Shown in pieces: positions 18,667 to 26,851 of a DNA stretch of 54,895 nt. The stretch covers positions 1 to 54,895 of the forward strand of contig CAZOJL010000006.1 in assembly GCA_964580075.1 (NCBI GenBank). Reading direction: 5' to 3'. How positions within the stretch are numbered: the stretch's first letter is position 1; the number at the start of each line of letters is the position of its first letter. Source of the stretch: an uncultured Akkermansia sp. (lineage in GTDB: Bacteria; Verrucomicrobiota; Kiritimatiellia; RFP12; JAAYNR01). Under the pieces are notes generated by a model. It was not told the origin of the DNA. It was given only the letters and a program-made list of their open reading frames with translations, and searched no databases. The position numbers and the translations under genes were made by a program.

Positions 18667-19906
18667 CACACGCGAAGAACTGCTGGCAAAGATTCGCCTG
18701 GGAGAGGACACGACCTTTGAGATGAAGGCGGTTGTCTTCGCCGGTAATCAGGTTAGAGGACCGGGACGTGACGAACTGGCTGACGAACTGGCGGCGATCG
18801 CCAATACGTCCGAAGGGGTTTGTCTGTTGGGCATCGACGACAAGAGTCGGGAAGTCACGGGCATTCCCGTCAACCGCCTGGACGCCGTGGAAGCGTTGGT
18901 TCGAGAAGTGCTGAACGACAGTATCGTTCCGCCGCTGACAGCGCGGGTGTTGCGCATGGAGTTGCCCGATTCGCTGGGTGAACTCAAGCCGATCGTGCGG
19001 ATCGATGTTCCGCGCAGTCTTTTTGTGCACCGTAGCCCGCACGGATATTTTCACCGCGTTGGGAGTTCAAAACGCGAACTTTCGCCGGAAATCCTTGCCC
19101 GGTTGTTTCAGCAACGCAGTCAATCCCGGATCATTCGGTTCGACGAGCAGGCGGTGCCCGAGACTTCAATTGCGGACTTGGACACCGCTTTATGGAGCCG
19201 GTTTGTCCGCGATGCGTCCGGCAATGCGGAGGAAATCCTTCGAAAACTGCGGATTGTGACAAATGACGATACCGGGGCAGAGCGACTTTCAGTTGGCGGC
19301 GTGCTGATGTGCACGCGTAACCCGGAACGGTGGCTCAGTGGCGCCCAGATTGAGGCTGTTTGTTACCGAGGGCTCACGCGCGATGCAAACTACCAACTCG
19401 ATGCCAGAACCATCACTGGCCCGCTCGACCGGCAGGTGTTCGATACATTGTCCTTTGTCGCGAAAAACATGCGGCGACCGGCCGTCAAAGACCCGGCGCG
19501 GAACGAGGTTCCGGAATACAGCGAACGCGCGTTATTCGAGGCCATCGTCAATGCGGTGGCGCATCGCGACTATTCGATTCACGCTTCACGAATACGCTGC
19601 TTTATGTTCGAGGATCGTGTCGAAATCTATTCGCCGGGGCCGCCGCCCAATAGCGTGACCGTGGAAAGCATGCCATTGCGACAGGCTACACGAAACGAAA
19701 TGGTTGCGTCACTGCTGTCCAATTGCCGTGCCGCCGGCGTTGCAGGCGGACTCGGCAGGACTTTCCTGATGGAGAAGCGTGGGGAAGGCGTGCCGATCAT
19801 CATGAACGAGAGCCTTCGATTGTCAAATCGGAAGCCGGAATATCAACTTATAGATAACACGGAAATCATGCTTTCCATCTGGGCCGGCAAGAGCGCCGTC
19901 GCGTAA
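18659..19906 (+). CDS. AlbA_2 (Schlafen-like) domain plus HATPase_c_4 (GHKL-like) protein
   Basis: Start overlaps the upstream stop (ATGTATGA). N-terminal TFEMKAV..LAAIANTSEGVCLLGIDD (AlbA_2-like). C-terminal EAIVNAVAHRDYS..DRVEIYSPGPPP (HATPase_c_4-like). Confidence 0.7.
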   Translation: MYDTREELLAKIRLGEDTTFEMKAVVFAGNQVRGPGRDELADELAAIANTSEGVCLLGIDDKSREVTGIPVNRLDAVEALVREVLNDSIVPPLTARVLRMELPDSLGELKPIVRIDVPRSLFVHRSPHGYFHRVGSSKRELSPEILARLFQQRSQSRIIRFDEQAVPETSIADLDTALWSRFVRDASGNAEEILRKLRIVTNDDTGAERLSVGGVLMCTRNPERWLSGAQIEAVCYRGLTRDANYQLDARTITGPLDRQVFDTLSFVAKNMRRPAVKDPARNEVPEYSERALFEAIVNAVAHRDYSIHASRIRCFMFEDRVEIYSPGPPPNSVTVESMPLRQATRNEMVASLLSNCRAAGVAGGLGRTFLMEKRGEGVPIIMNESLRLSNRKPEYQLIDNTEIMLSIWAGKSAVA

Positions 19907-19910
19907 CCGC

Positions 19911-20027
19911 GTTGATCCCGCAGCGGATACGTCGGCGTGGGAGCGGGAGATCGACCAACAGGTTTACGCCCTTTACGGCCTGACGGAGGAGGAGATCAAA
20001 ATCGTGGAGGGGAGCACGCAACGATGA
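19911..20027 (+). pseudogene. Orphan 3' end of a second PglX/type IIG-like methyltransferase gene (tail copy B)
   Basis: Translates VDPAADTSAWEREIDQQVYALYGLTEEEIKIVEGSTQR-stop. Homologous to 10370-10480. Its TGA overlaps the ATG of the PIN gene. Confidence 0.75.
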
Positions 20028-20521
20028 ACAAGGATAGAAAAATGAGACCGAAAGTCTATTTGGAAACGAGCGTGGTGAGTTACCTGGCGGCACGACCGAG
20101 TCGCGACCTGGTGGTCGCGGCGAATCAGGAAGTGACGCGGGAATGGTGGGCAAATGCACAAGAACGTTTGGATTTGTTTCTGTCTGAAATTGTTTTGAAG
20201 GAAATCGCGGCGGGCGATCGTGTTGCGGCGGCTGAACGTAAACGCTATCTTGTGAAAGTGCCGCTCTTGCCGTTGAACCTCGATGCGCGAGCTTTGGCGG
20301 ATCGCTATCTTGCGGCAAGGATTATGCCGGCAAAGGCGGCGACCGATGCCCTGCATATTGCCTTGGCGACGGTGCACGGCATGGATTACGTGGTCACATG
20401 GAACTGTGCGCATATCGCCAATGCCCTTACGCAAAAGGCCATTGCCCGGATCAGCAGCGAAGGCGGGTATGAACCGCCCGTGATCTGTACGCCTTTGGAG
20501 TTAATGGAGGACGAAGCATGA
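20024..20521 (+). CDS. PIN-like (VapC-family) toxin
   Basis: MNKDRKMRPKVYLETSVVSYLAARPSRDL..ATDALHIALA..VVTWNCAHI. Matches a widespread PIN-like family that has Glu in the first acidic position. Confidence 0.55.
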   Translation: MNKDRKMRPKVYLETSVVSYLAARPSRDLVVAANQEVTREWWANAQERLDLFLSEIVLKEIAAGDRVAAAERKRYLVKVPLLPLNLDARALADRYLAARIMPAKAATDALHIALATVHGMDYVVTWNCAHIANALTQKAIARISSEGGYEPPVICTPLELMEDEA

Positions 20522-20766
20522 AACCAGACCCGATTGTGGCGGAAGTCCGTAAAGTGCGGGAAGCGCATGCCCTGCGGCATGGAAACGATCTTCGAAGAAT
20601 CTATGCGGATATGAAGAAAGCCGAGGCTCGGGATCATTGGCCACAGGCGCAAGTTCGCGTGCAATCGCCCGTTCGCGCTTGCGTGGCGGAGGATTCCGCC
20701 CAGTATGTTGCGAAGAAGGGGCGTAGTGCCACCAGGCACGCGCCAAGCGATACTGGCGGAGCTTAA
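20518..20766 (+). CDS. Small partner protein of the PIN-like toxin (putative antitoxin)
   Basis: 82-aa ORF with ATGA overlap to the toxin. The N-terminus DPIVAEVRKVREAHALRHGNDLRRIYADMKKAE resembles partners found downstream of this PIN family. Confidence 0.4.
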   Translation: MKPDPIVAEVRKVREAHALRHGNDLRRIYADMKKAEARDHWPQAQVRVQSPVRACVAEDSAQYVAKKGRSATRHAPSDTGGA

Positions 20767-20861
20767 CGAACGCATTGGAGCGCGAGATCGACCAGCAGGT
20801 TTACGCCCTCTACGGCCTGACGCCGGAGGAGATTAAGATTGTGGAGGGGACGGTAAAATGA
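20767..20861 (+). pseudogene. Orphan 3' end of a third PglX/type IIG-like methyltransferase gene (tail copy C)
   Basis: Translates LEREIDQQVYALYGLTPEEIKIVEGTVK-stop. Differs from the intact gene's tail at five synonymous third positions only. Confidence 0.75.
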
Positions 20862-20898
20862 GAAACATACTTTTGCCCGGCAATACAGGAGGTTCCAT

Positions 20899-22107
20899 AT
20901 GACAACGCCCGTTTTTATTAAGCGCGTGGTGCTGAATAATTATAAAAGCATCAAAGAGTGTTCCGTCGCCCTGGGGCCGCTCACGTTTTTGGTAGGCCAG
21001 AACGGCGCGGGGAAGAGTAATTTTCTCGATGCGTTGCGACTGGTGACAGACGGACTGAACACCTCCCTTGAGCATGCCTTGCGGGAGCGCGGCGGCATTA
21101 ACGAAGTCCGGCGCCGTTCTTCGGGGCATCCCACGCATTTTGGCATCCGGCTTGAGTGGGTTCTTCCCAACGGAAGCGAAGGCGTTTATGCGTTTCGGAT
21201 TGGTTCTCAGAAGAAGGGCGGCTTTGAAGTTCAGCGCGAAGAGTGCCGCGTTTTCGAGCCGGATCGGGTGCAGGTGAGTTTCTACAAGGTGGAATGCGGG
21301 GTTCTGAAGAGTTCGAATTTCGAGGTCGCGCCGCCGACTTCGAGCGACCGGCTCTATCTGGTTTCCGCCGCCGGACTTCCGCCGTTCCGTCCGCTTTACG
21401 ATGCGTTGTCGCACATGGGGTTCTACAATCTGAATCCTGACGAGATCCGCGAACCCCAGCCGCCGGATCCGGGCGAGGTGCTTAAGCGGGACGGCAGTAA
21501 TCTGGCCAGCGTACTGGGACTGCTTGAAAAGGGCGGGGTTGAGCGGATTGTCGAGTTGCTGTCGAAGGTTGTCCCGGGGATACAGAATATTGAGGTCAGG
21601 CATGTCGGCAAAAAGGAAACACTGGAGTTCCGGCAACAGGTGGGTAAGAATAAAGACCCGTGGCGGTTTATGGCGGAGAATATGTCGGACGGTACATTGA
21701 GGGCGCTGGGAGTACTTACTGCGCTGTTCCAGTCCTCTAAGGCGGACGGCAAGCGGGTTCCTTTGGTTGGAATTGAGGAGCCCGAAACCGCTGTTCATCC
21801 CGGCGCTGCCGGTGTGCTGCGGGACGGGTTGCGGGCGGCTGCCGAGCTTACTCAAACCATTGTAACCAGTCACAGCCCGGATCTTCTGGATGACAAGGAA
21901 ATTGCCGATGAACACATTTTGGCAGTTATGAACCGGAATGGTGAAACCCTGATCGGCCCGCTGGACGACGCGGGCAGAACGGCAATTCGCCAACGTCTCT
22001 ACACGGCAGGGGAACTGCTTCGCTTGAATCAGATGGAGCCGGATCAGGATGTAATAAGCAAGGTTTCTTCGAATCAACTGGAGCTGTTTTCAGAGTACAA
22101 GCCATGA
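20899..22107 (+). CDS. AAA_15/AAA_21-type (RecF/SMC-like ABC) ATPase
   Basis: Walker A GQNGAGKSNFLDAL, Walker B-like LVGIEEPETAVHP, H-loop IVTSHSPDLLD. No nuclease domain recognised. Confidence 0.7.
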   Translation: MTTPVFIKRVVLNNYKSIKECSVALGPLTFLVGQNGAGKSNFLDALRLVTDGLNTSLEHALRERGGINEVRRRSSGHPTHFGIRLEWVLPNGSEGVYAFRIGSQKKGGFEVQREECRVFEPDRVQVSFYKVECGVLKSSNFEVAPPTSSDRLYLVSAAGLPPFRPLYDALSHMGFYNLNPDEIREPQPPDPGEVLKRDGSNLASVLGLLEKGGVERIVELLSKVVPGIQNIEVRHVGKKETLEFRQQVGKNKDPWRFMAENMSDGTLRALGVLTALFQSSKADGKRVPLVGIEEPETAVHPGAAGVLRDGLRAAAELTQTIVTSHSPDLLDDKEIADEHILAVMNRNGETLIGPLDDAGRTAIRQRLYTAGELLRLNQMEPDQDVISKVSSNQLELFSEYKP

Positions 22108-22234
22108 CCGAGATCTGCATACAAGCAATTTGATATGGTTGCCGCTCGGCGGGCCGATTCCTTTGACAAGTGTTACAGGGAAATCCACAAAATGCTTTCG
22201 GCCTTGCGACAGACCGTAATGGATTGAGAAATCA

Positions 22235-23989
22235 ATGAGCGACACAATCCGACAGCCTATCGCCCGCTGGACCGCCGCCGAAGAAGGTCAATTCTTCGAA
22301 CGGAAGTCGGCGTTGGATCGTTCATCCGGGCGCGTGAAACCGCGCAAGGCGGCGGAAATCGCGCATGACATTGCTGAAACGGTTTGCGCCATGGCCAATG
22401 CCGATGGTGGGGAACTCGTGGTCGGCATGGAGGATGATGGGGCGATTTCGGGAGTTCCGCACGCCGAGGACAAACTGCAATTGTTGTTGGGTGTGCCGAA
22501 GGACCGGAACTACGTGAACCCGCCGCTGCCTTGCCGATCCCGCAAGGTGGTCTCCTCGGACGGATTGGTTCTCCTGCATTTCGAGGCGGATTGGAGTCCA
22601 GCCGTTCACCTCCTGGCCGACAGCCGGTGCCTATTGCGCGTGGACGACACCAATTCGCCATTCGCGCCCGACAAGGTGGGCGCATTGAAGGCGGCCAAGG
22701 CTCAGGGCCTTCTTGAACGCTCCTTTCCTCCCGGCGCACAAATGGAAGACCTCGATCTGGACTTGGTATCCACCGAATTGGGCAAGGTCTGGCCGGGTTT
22801 GTCGCCGGAGGCTGTTTTGCGACGGTACGGACTCATCGCGGGCCGCAACGGGCATTCCGTGCCAACGCTGGCGGCGCTGCTGTTGTTTGGCCGAGAACCG
22901 ACTCGCTGGCATCCCCGATGTGGTCTCGATTTCATTCGTTGGGAAGGCACGCAGGGCAAGACCGGTTCGGAGTTGAACATCGCCAAGCGGATTCGTATAG
23001 AAGAACCGCTGGCGGTGCTGATCCGCAAGGCGCGCGAAGCGATTCATCCCTTCATCCGGGAACGTCAACATCTGCACGACCTGTTCTTTGTCGAAAAACT
23101 CGAATACCCGACGTTTGCCTGGCAGGAGGCCATCGTCAACGCGGTGGCGCACCGGGATTACAGCCTGCAAGGCGCGCCGATCGAGGTCTGGATGTACGAC
23201 GACCGTATGGAGATTCGCAGCCCTGGCATGCCTCCCGCGCCGGTTACGGTCGATGCGCTGAACCATCGCAAGCGCGTCCATCTCTCCAGGAATCCCATAC
23301 TGGTTCGGGCGCTGGCAGACCTGCAGTATATGCGGGACGTCGGTGAAGGAGTTCCACGTATCTTCGACGAAATGGACCGCGCCGGTTGCTATCCGCCAAG
23401 GTTCGAGATCATCGGCGGATTTGTGTTTCAGTTGACGTTGCGCAACGAACCGGTCTACGACCGCAAGACCCTGGATTGGCTCAAGCAGTTCACCGATGTC
23501 GATCTGTCAGGTGACCAGAAGCGTATGCTTGCCTACGCCCATGCTCATGGGGAACGGTTCACCAGCCGGGAATTCCAGAAGGTCATCGGCACGGACATCT
23601 ACGGCGCCTCGAACGCGATCAAGGACATGATCCGCAAGGGGGTGGCTAAATCCACCGAGAAGGGCAGTCGGGTCTATGGGATTCACAAGCCATTACGAGA
23701 GCAGCCCGGCATGCCGACGGAACTCCGACAACTTCTTCCATTGCTTAGGAAGAAGGGACGCCTGGCCAATCAGGATGTACGGAAGATCTGTGGGCTGACG
23801 AAGATCACGGCCGCGCGTCTCCTGCGCGAACTCACGTCAGGGCAATGGCTTGCGGGAACGGGGAAGCGGGGTGCAGGTGCGTGGTACTCCGCTGGTCCTC
23901 GTCTATTGTCTCAGTCTCAAACTAGTTCGGAAAGCCGTGAGACTGATACAATGAGCCATGAGGCTGATACAATGAAAAAGCGAAAGTAG
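22235..23989 (+). CDS. AlbA_2 (Schlafen-like) plus HATPase_c_4 (GHKL-like) plus C-terminal wHTH-like protein; paralog of 18659-19906
   Basis: FFERKSAL..VCAMANADGGELVVGMEDDG (AlbA_2). EAIVNAVAHRDYS..DRMEIRSPGMPP (HATPase_c_4). C-terminal basic helical region. Confidence 0.7.
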   Translation: MSDTIRQPIARWTAAEEGQFFERKSALDRSSGRVKPRKAAEIAHDIAETVCAMANADGGELVVGMEDDGAISGVPHAEDKLQLLLGVPKDRNYVNPPLPCRSRKVVSSDGLVLLHFEADWSPAVHLLADSRCLLRVDDTNSPFAPDKVGALKAAKAQGLLERSFPPGAQMEDLDLDLVSTELGKVWPGLSPEAVLRRYGLIAGRNGHSVPTLAALLLFGREPTRWHPRCGLDFIRWEGTQGKTGSELNIAKRIRIEEPLAVLIRKAREAIHPFIRERQHLHDLFFVEKLEYPTFAWQEAIVNAVAHRDYSLQGAPIEVWMYDDRMEIRSPGMPPAPVTVDALNHRKRVHLSRNPILVRALADLQYMRDVGEGVPRIFDEMDRAGCYPPRFEIIGGFVFQLTLRNEPVYDRKTLDWLKQFTDVDLSGDQKRMLAYAHAHGERFTSREFQKVIGTDIYGASNAIKDMIRKGVAKSTEKGSRVYGIHKPLREQPGMPTELRQLLPLLRKKGRLANQDVRKICGLTKITAARLLRELTSGQWLAGTGKRGAGAWYSAGPRLLSQSQTSSESRETDTMSHEADTMKKRK

Positions 23990-23992
23990 GCC

Positions 23993-26800
23993 ATGCCCAC
24001 CCACGACATCATAGACAACCGGACCGAGAAACTGGTTGACCACCTGTCCCAGATGCTCGGATCGACCGAACGCGCCCGGTTCGCGGTGGGCTACTTGTTC
24101 CTGTCCGGCCTGACGAGCGTTGCGAAACGGCTCCTGAACTTGAAGGATTTGCGCCTGCTCATCGGCAACACGACGAACCGCGAGACGGTCGAAATGCTGG
24201 CCGAAGGCTACCGCCGGATTGATCTGGCTGCAGAGGAAGTCGAGAAGCAGGTTTATCCGAAGCGCACTGAGGCCGGCAAAATGGCGCAGGAGACCGCCGG
24301 GAATCTCCGGAACACCGTCGAGTTGATGGACCAAACAGACGAGGCGCAGGATCTGATTGCCGGGCTGATTCGGATGATCGAGGAGAAGCGACTCAAGGTC
24401 CGCGTCTTCACGAAGGGCCGCCTTCACGCCAAGGCGTACATCTGCGACTACGGGAAGGTGTTCGACTTGCTGGGCAAGGAGATTGACCGGCATGAAAGAG
24501 GGATCGCCGTAGTGGGGTCTTCCAACTTGACATTGGCCGGGCTTACCCACAACACCGAGTTGAATGTTGTCGTTCAGGGTAACCAGAATCACGGCGAACT
24601 GGTCCGCTGGTTCGATGACCTCTGGAAAGAGGCGCAAGAGTTCGACGACACGCTGATGGCCGAGCTCAAGGAGTCCTGGGCGGCGGCGCAGGTCCGGCCT
24701 TACGACATCTACATGAAGACCCTCTACGCCCTCGTGCGCGACCGGTTGGAGAGCGAGGACGAAGCGGAATTGCTTTGGGATGATGACATCTTCCGCAAAC
24801 TGGCGAGTTTTCAGAAGGTGGCCGTGCGGCAGGCGGTGCAAATGACCCGTGACTTCGGCGGGGCGTTTGTGTCCGACGTGGTAGGTCTGGGCAAGAGTTA
24901 CATCGGCGCGGCGATCGTGAAGCACTTCGAGCGCACCGACCACGCGCGCCCGCTGATCATCTGCCCCGCCCCGTTGGTGGAGATGTGGGAGCGGTATAAC
25001 GAGGTTTATCAACTCAACGCCCGCGTCCTTTCAATGGGGTTCTTGCGCGAGGACGAACAGGATGGCGTCACCCGGATGCTGAACGACATCAAGTTCAAAG
25101 ACCGGGACTTCGTCCTTGTGGATGAGAGCCATAATCTCCGACACCCGGACACGCAGCGTTACAAGATCGTGCAAACCTTCCTTTCGACGGGGCGGCGGTG
25201 CTGTTTCCTGACCGCAACACCCCGGAACAAGAGCGCCTGGGACGTTTACCACCAGATCAAACTGTTTCATCAGGACGACCGCACCGACTTGCCGGTGGAC
25301 CCGCCGAACTTGAAGGAATACTTCAAACTGATCGACAAGGCCGAACGGAAACTCCCGGACTTGCTGGCGCATATCCTCGTTCGCCGGACCCGGCAACACA
25401 TCCTACGCTGGTATGGTTTCGACGCCGAGACCCACGAACCGGTTGACCCGAACCGCTTTCAGGAATACCTCCAGGGCACGCGGAAGGCTTACGTGTTGGT
25501 GGGCGGCAAACACCAGTTCTTCCCAAAACGCGAACTGGAAACCATCGAGTACAGCATCGAAGACACCTATCAGGGACTTTATCAGGAGTTGCGCGGCTAT
25601 CTGGGCAGGGGTGGCACAGGCATTCCTGCCTGTGTACCACAGACAAGAATGTCTGTGCCACCCTCCTCAACCATCGAAGTCATCTTCAGCGGCGACAAGA
25701 GCAAGGAGAAGGTTGTCGGCCGCTTCGCGCCCAAGGCGAACCCGGAGTATCGCTTCGCCAAGGACGAGGCAGAACTGATGATGGTGATTGCCACCGACGT
25801 TCTTGCCGAAGGCTTGAACCTTCAGGACTGCGACAACATCATCAACTACGACCTGCACTGGAACCCCGTCCGGCTGATTCAACGTTTTGGGCGCATTGAC
25901 CGTATCGGCTCGGAACACGAACGCATTTTCGGCTTCAACTTCCTGCCTGAAACCAAGCTCGACAAGAATCTCGGCCTCAAAGACAAATTGCACAACCGCA
26001 TTCAGGAAATACACGACACCATCGGGGAAGATTCGGAGATTCTTGACCTGACTGAGAAGCTCAACTCGGAAGCCATGTATGCGATCTATGAGACTCGTGG
26101 AGGCGCTCCAGTCCAACTGGACCTGTGGGGCGGCGCTGACGACGAGTTCCTTGACCTGAACGAGGCCGAGGAAATCCTGCGACAGTTGCGGAAGGACAAT
26201 CCCGACGAGTACGAGCGCATCGCCAGTCTGCGCGACGGCATCCGTACCGCCCGGCCGTCGTTGCAACGCGGCATGTACGTCTTCTGCCAAGCCGGGCGGT
26301 TTCAGCAGTTGTTCCTGCTCGACGACAAGGGCGCTGTGATCTCCCGGGACGTGCCCAAGGTGGTCGGCGCGATCAAGTGCGCCCCCGACGCTAAAGCCGC
26401 ACCATTACCAGAGGGCTACAACAAGGCGGTCATGGCGATTCAACGCAAGTTCGCGGAGGATGTCCGGCGCCGCGAGGCCGAGCGGACCTACACGGCGAAC
26501 CTGACTCACGGCCAACTCTACGTTTTGCGGGAACTGCGAATCCTGTTTGAAGCCACGGAAGACGAAGATATCAAACAGAACGTCAACGTCTTAGAGAAGG
26601 CCTTCCGGGGGCCGCTCACCGGCACGGTGAAGCGTGAACTCAACCAGTTGCGACGGAACTCGGTGACAGGTGAAGGGCTGCTCAAGAACCTGGCTCGAAT
26701 GTATGATCGGCACAATCTGAAGGACGCCGCCGCCCAACGGAGCCTCGGCATGGCGGACAGGGCCATTCCTCGGATTGTCTGCAGCGAGGCTTTTGTCTGA
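23993..26800 (+). CDS. PLD-family (HKD) nuclease domain fused to an SNF2-family helicase, helicase C-lobe probably damaged
   Basis: HKD motif GRLHAKAYI..VGSSNLT. SNF2 motifs VVGLGKSY (I), LVDESHNLR (II), LTATPRNKS (III), ATDVLAEGLNLQ, QRFGRIDRIG (VI). A palindromic repeat is embedded between YQELRGYL and IEVIFSG, where the first strands of the RecA2 lobe are expected. Confidence 0.8.
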   Translation: MPTHDIIDNRTEKLVDHLSQMLGSTERARFAVGYLFLSGLTSVAKRLLNLKDLRLLIGNTTNRETVEMLAEGYRRIDLAAEEVEKQVYPKRTEAGKMAQETAGNLRNTVELMDQTDEAQDLIAGLIRMIEEKRLKVRVFTKGRLHAKAYICDYGKVFDLLGKEIDRHERGIAVVGSSNLTLAGLTHNTELNVVVQGNQNHGELVRWFDDLWKEAQEFDDTLMAELKESWAAAQVRPYDIYMKTLYALVRDRLESEDEAELLWDDDIFRKLASFQKVAVRQAVQMTRDFGGAFVSDVVGLGKSYIGAAIVKHFERTDHARPLIICPAPLVEMWERYNEVYQLNARVLSMGFLREDEQDGVTRMLNDIKFKDRDFVLVDESHNLRHPDTQRYKIVQTFLSTGRRCCFLTATPRNKSAWDVYHQIKLFHQDDRTDLPVDPPNLKEYFKLIDKAERKLPDLLAHILVRRTRQHILRWYGFDAETHEPVDPNRFQEYLQGTRKAYVLVGGKHQFFPKRELETIEYSIEDTYQGLYQELRGYLGRGGTGIPACVPQTRMSVPPSSTIEVIFSGDKSKEKVVGRFAPKANPEYRFAKDEAELMMVIATDVLAEGLNLQDCDNIINYDLHWNPVRLIQRFGRIDRIGSEHERIFGFNFLPETKLDKNLGLKDKLHNRIQEIHDTIGEDSEILDLTEKLNSEAMYAIYETRGGAPVQLDLWGGADDEFLDLNEAEEILRQLRKDNPDEYERIASLRDGIRTARPSLQRGMYVFCQAGRFQQLFLLDDKGAVISRDVPKVVGAIKCAPDAKAAPLPEGYNKAVMAIQRKFAEDVRRREAERTYTANLTHGQLYVLRELRILFEATEDEDIKQNVNVLEKAFRGPLTGTVKRELNQLRRNSVTGEGLLKNLARMYDRHNLKDAAAQRSLGMADRAIPRIVCSEAFV
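25610..25662. repeat. REP-like palindrome, in frame inside the PLD-SNF2 ORF
   Basis: GGTGGCACAGGCATTCCTGCCTGTG..CACAGACAAGAATGTCTGTGCCACC. Same family as 8867-8925. Translates GGTGIPACVPQTRMSVPP. Confidence 0.8.
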
Positions 26801-26851
26801 CGCGACGGCATCTGCGAATTGCCATGCAAGCGATATGGATGAAGTGCAGTT

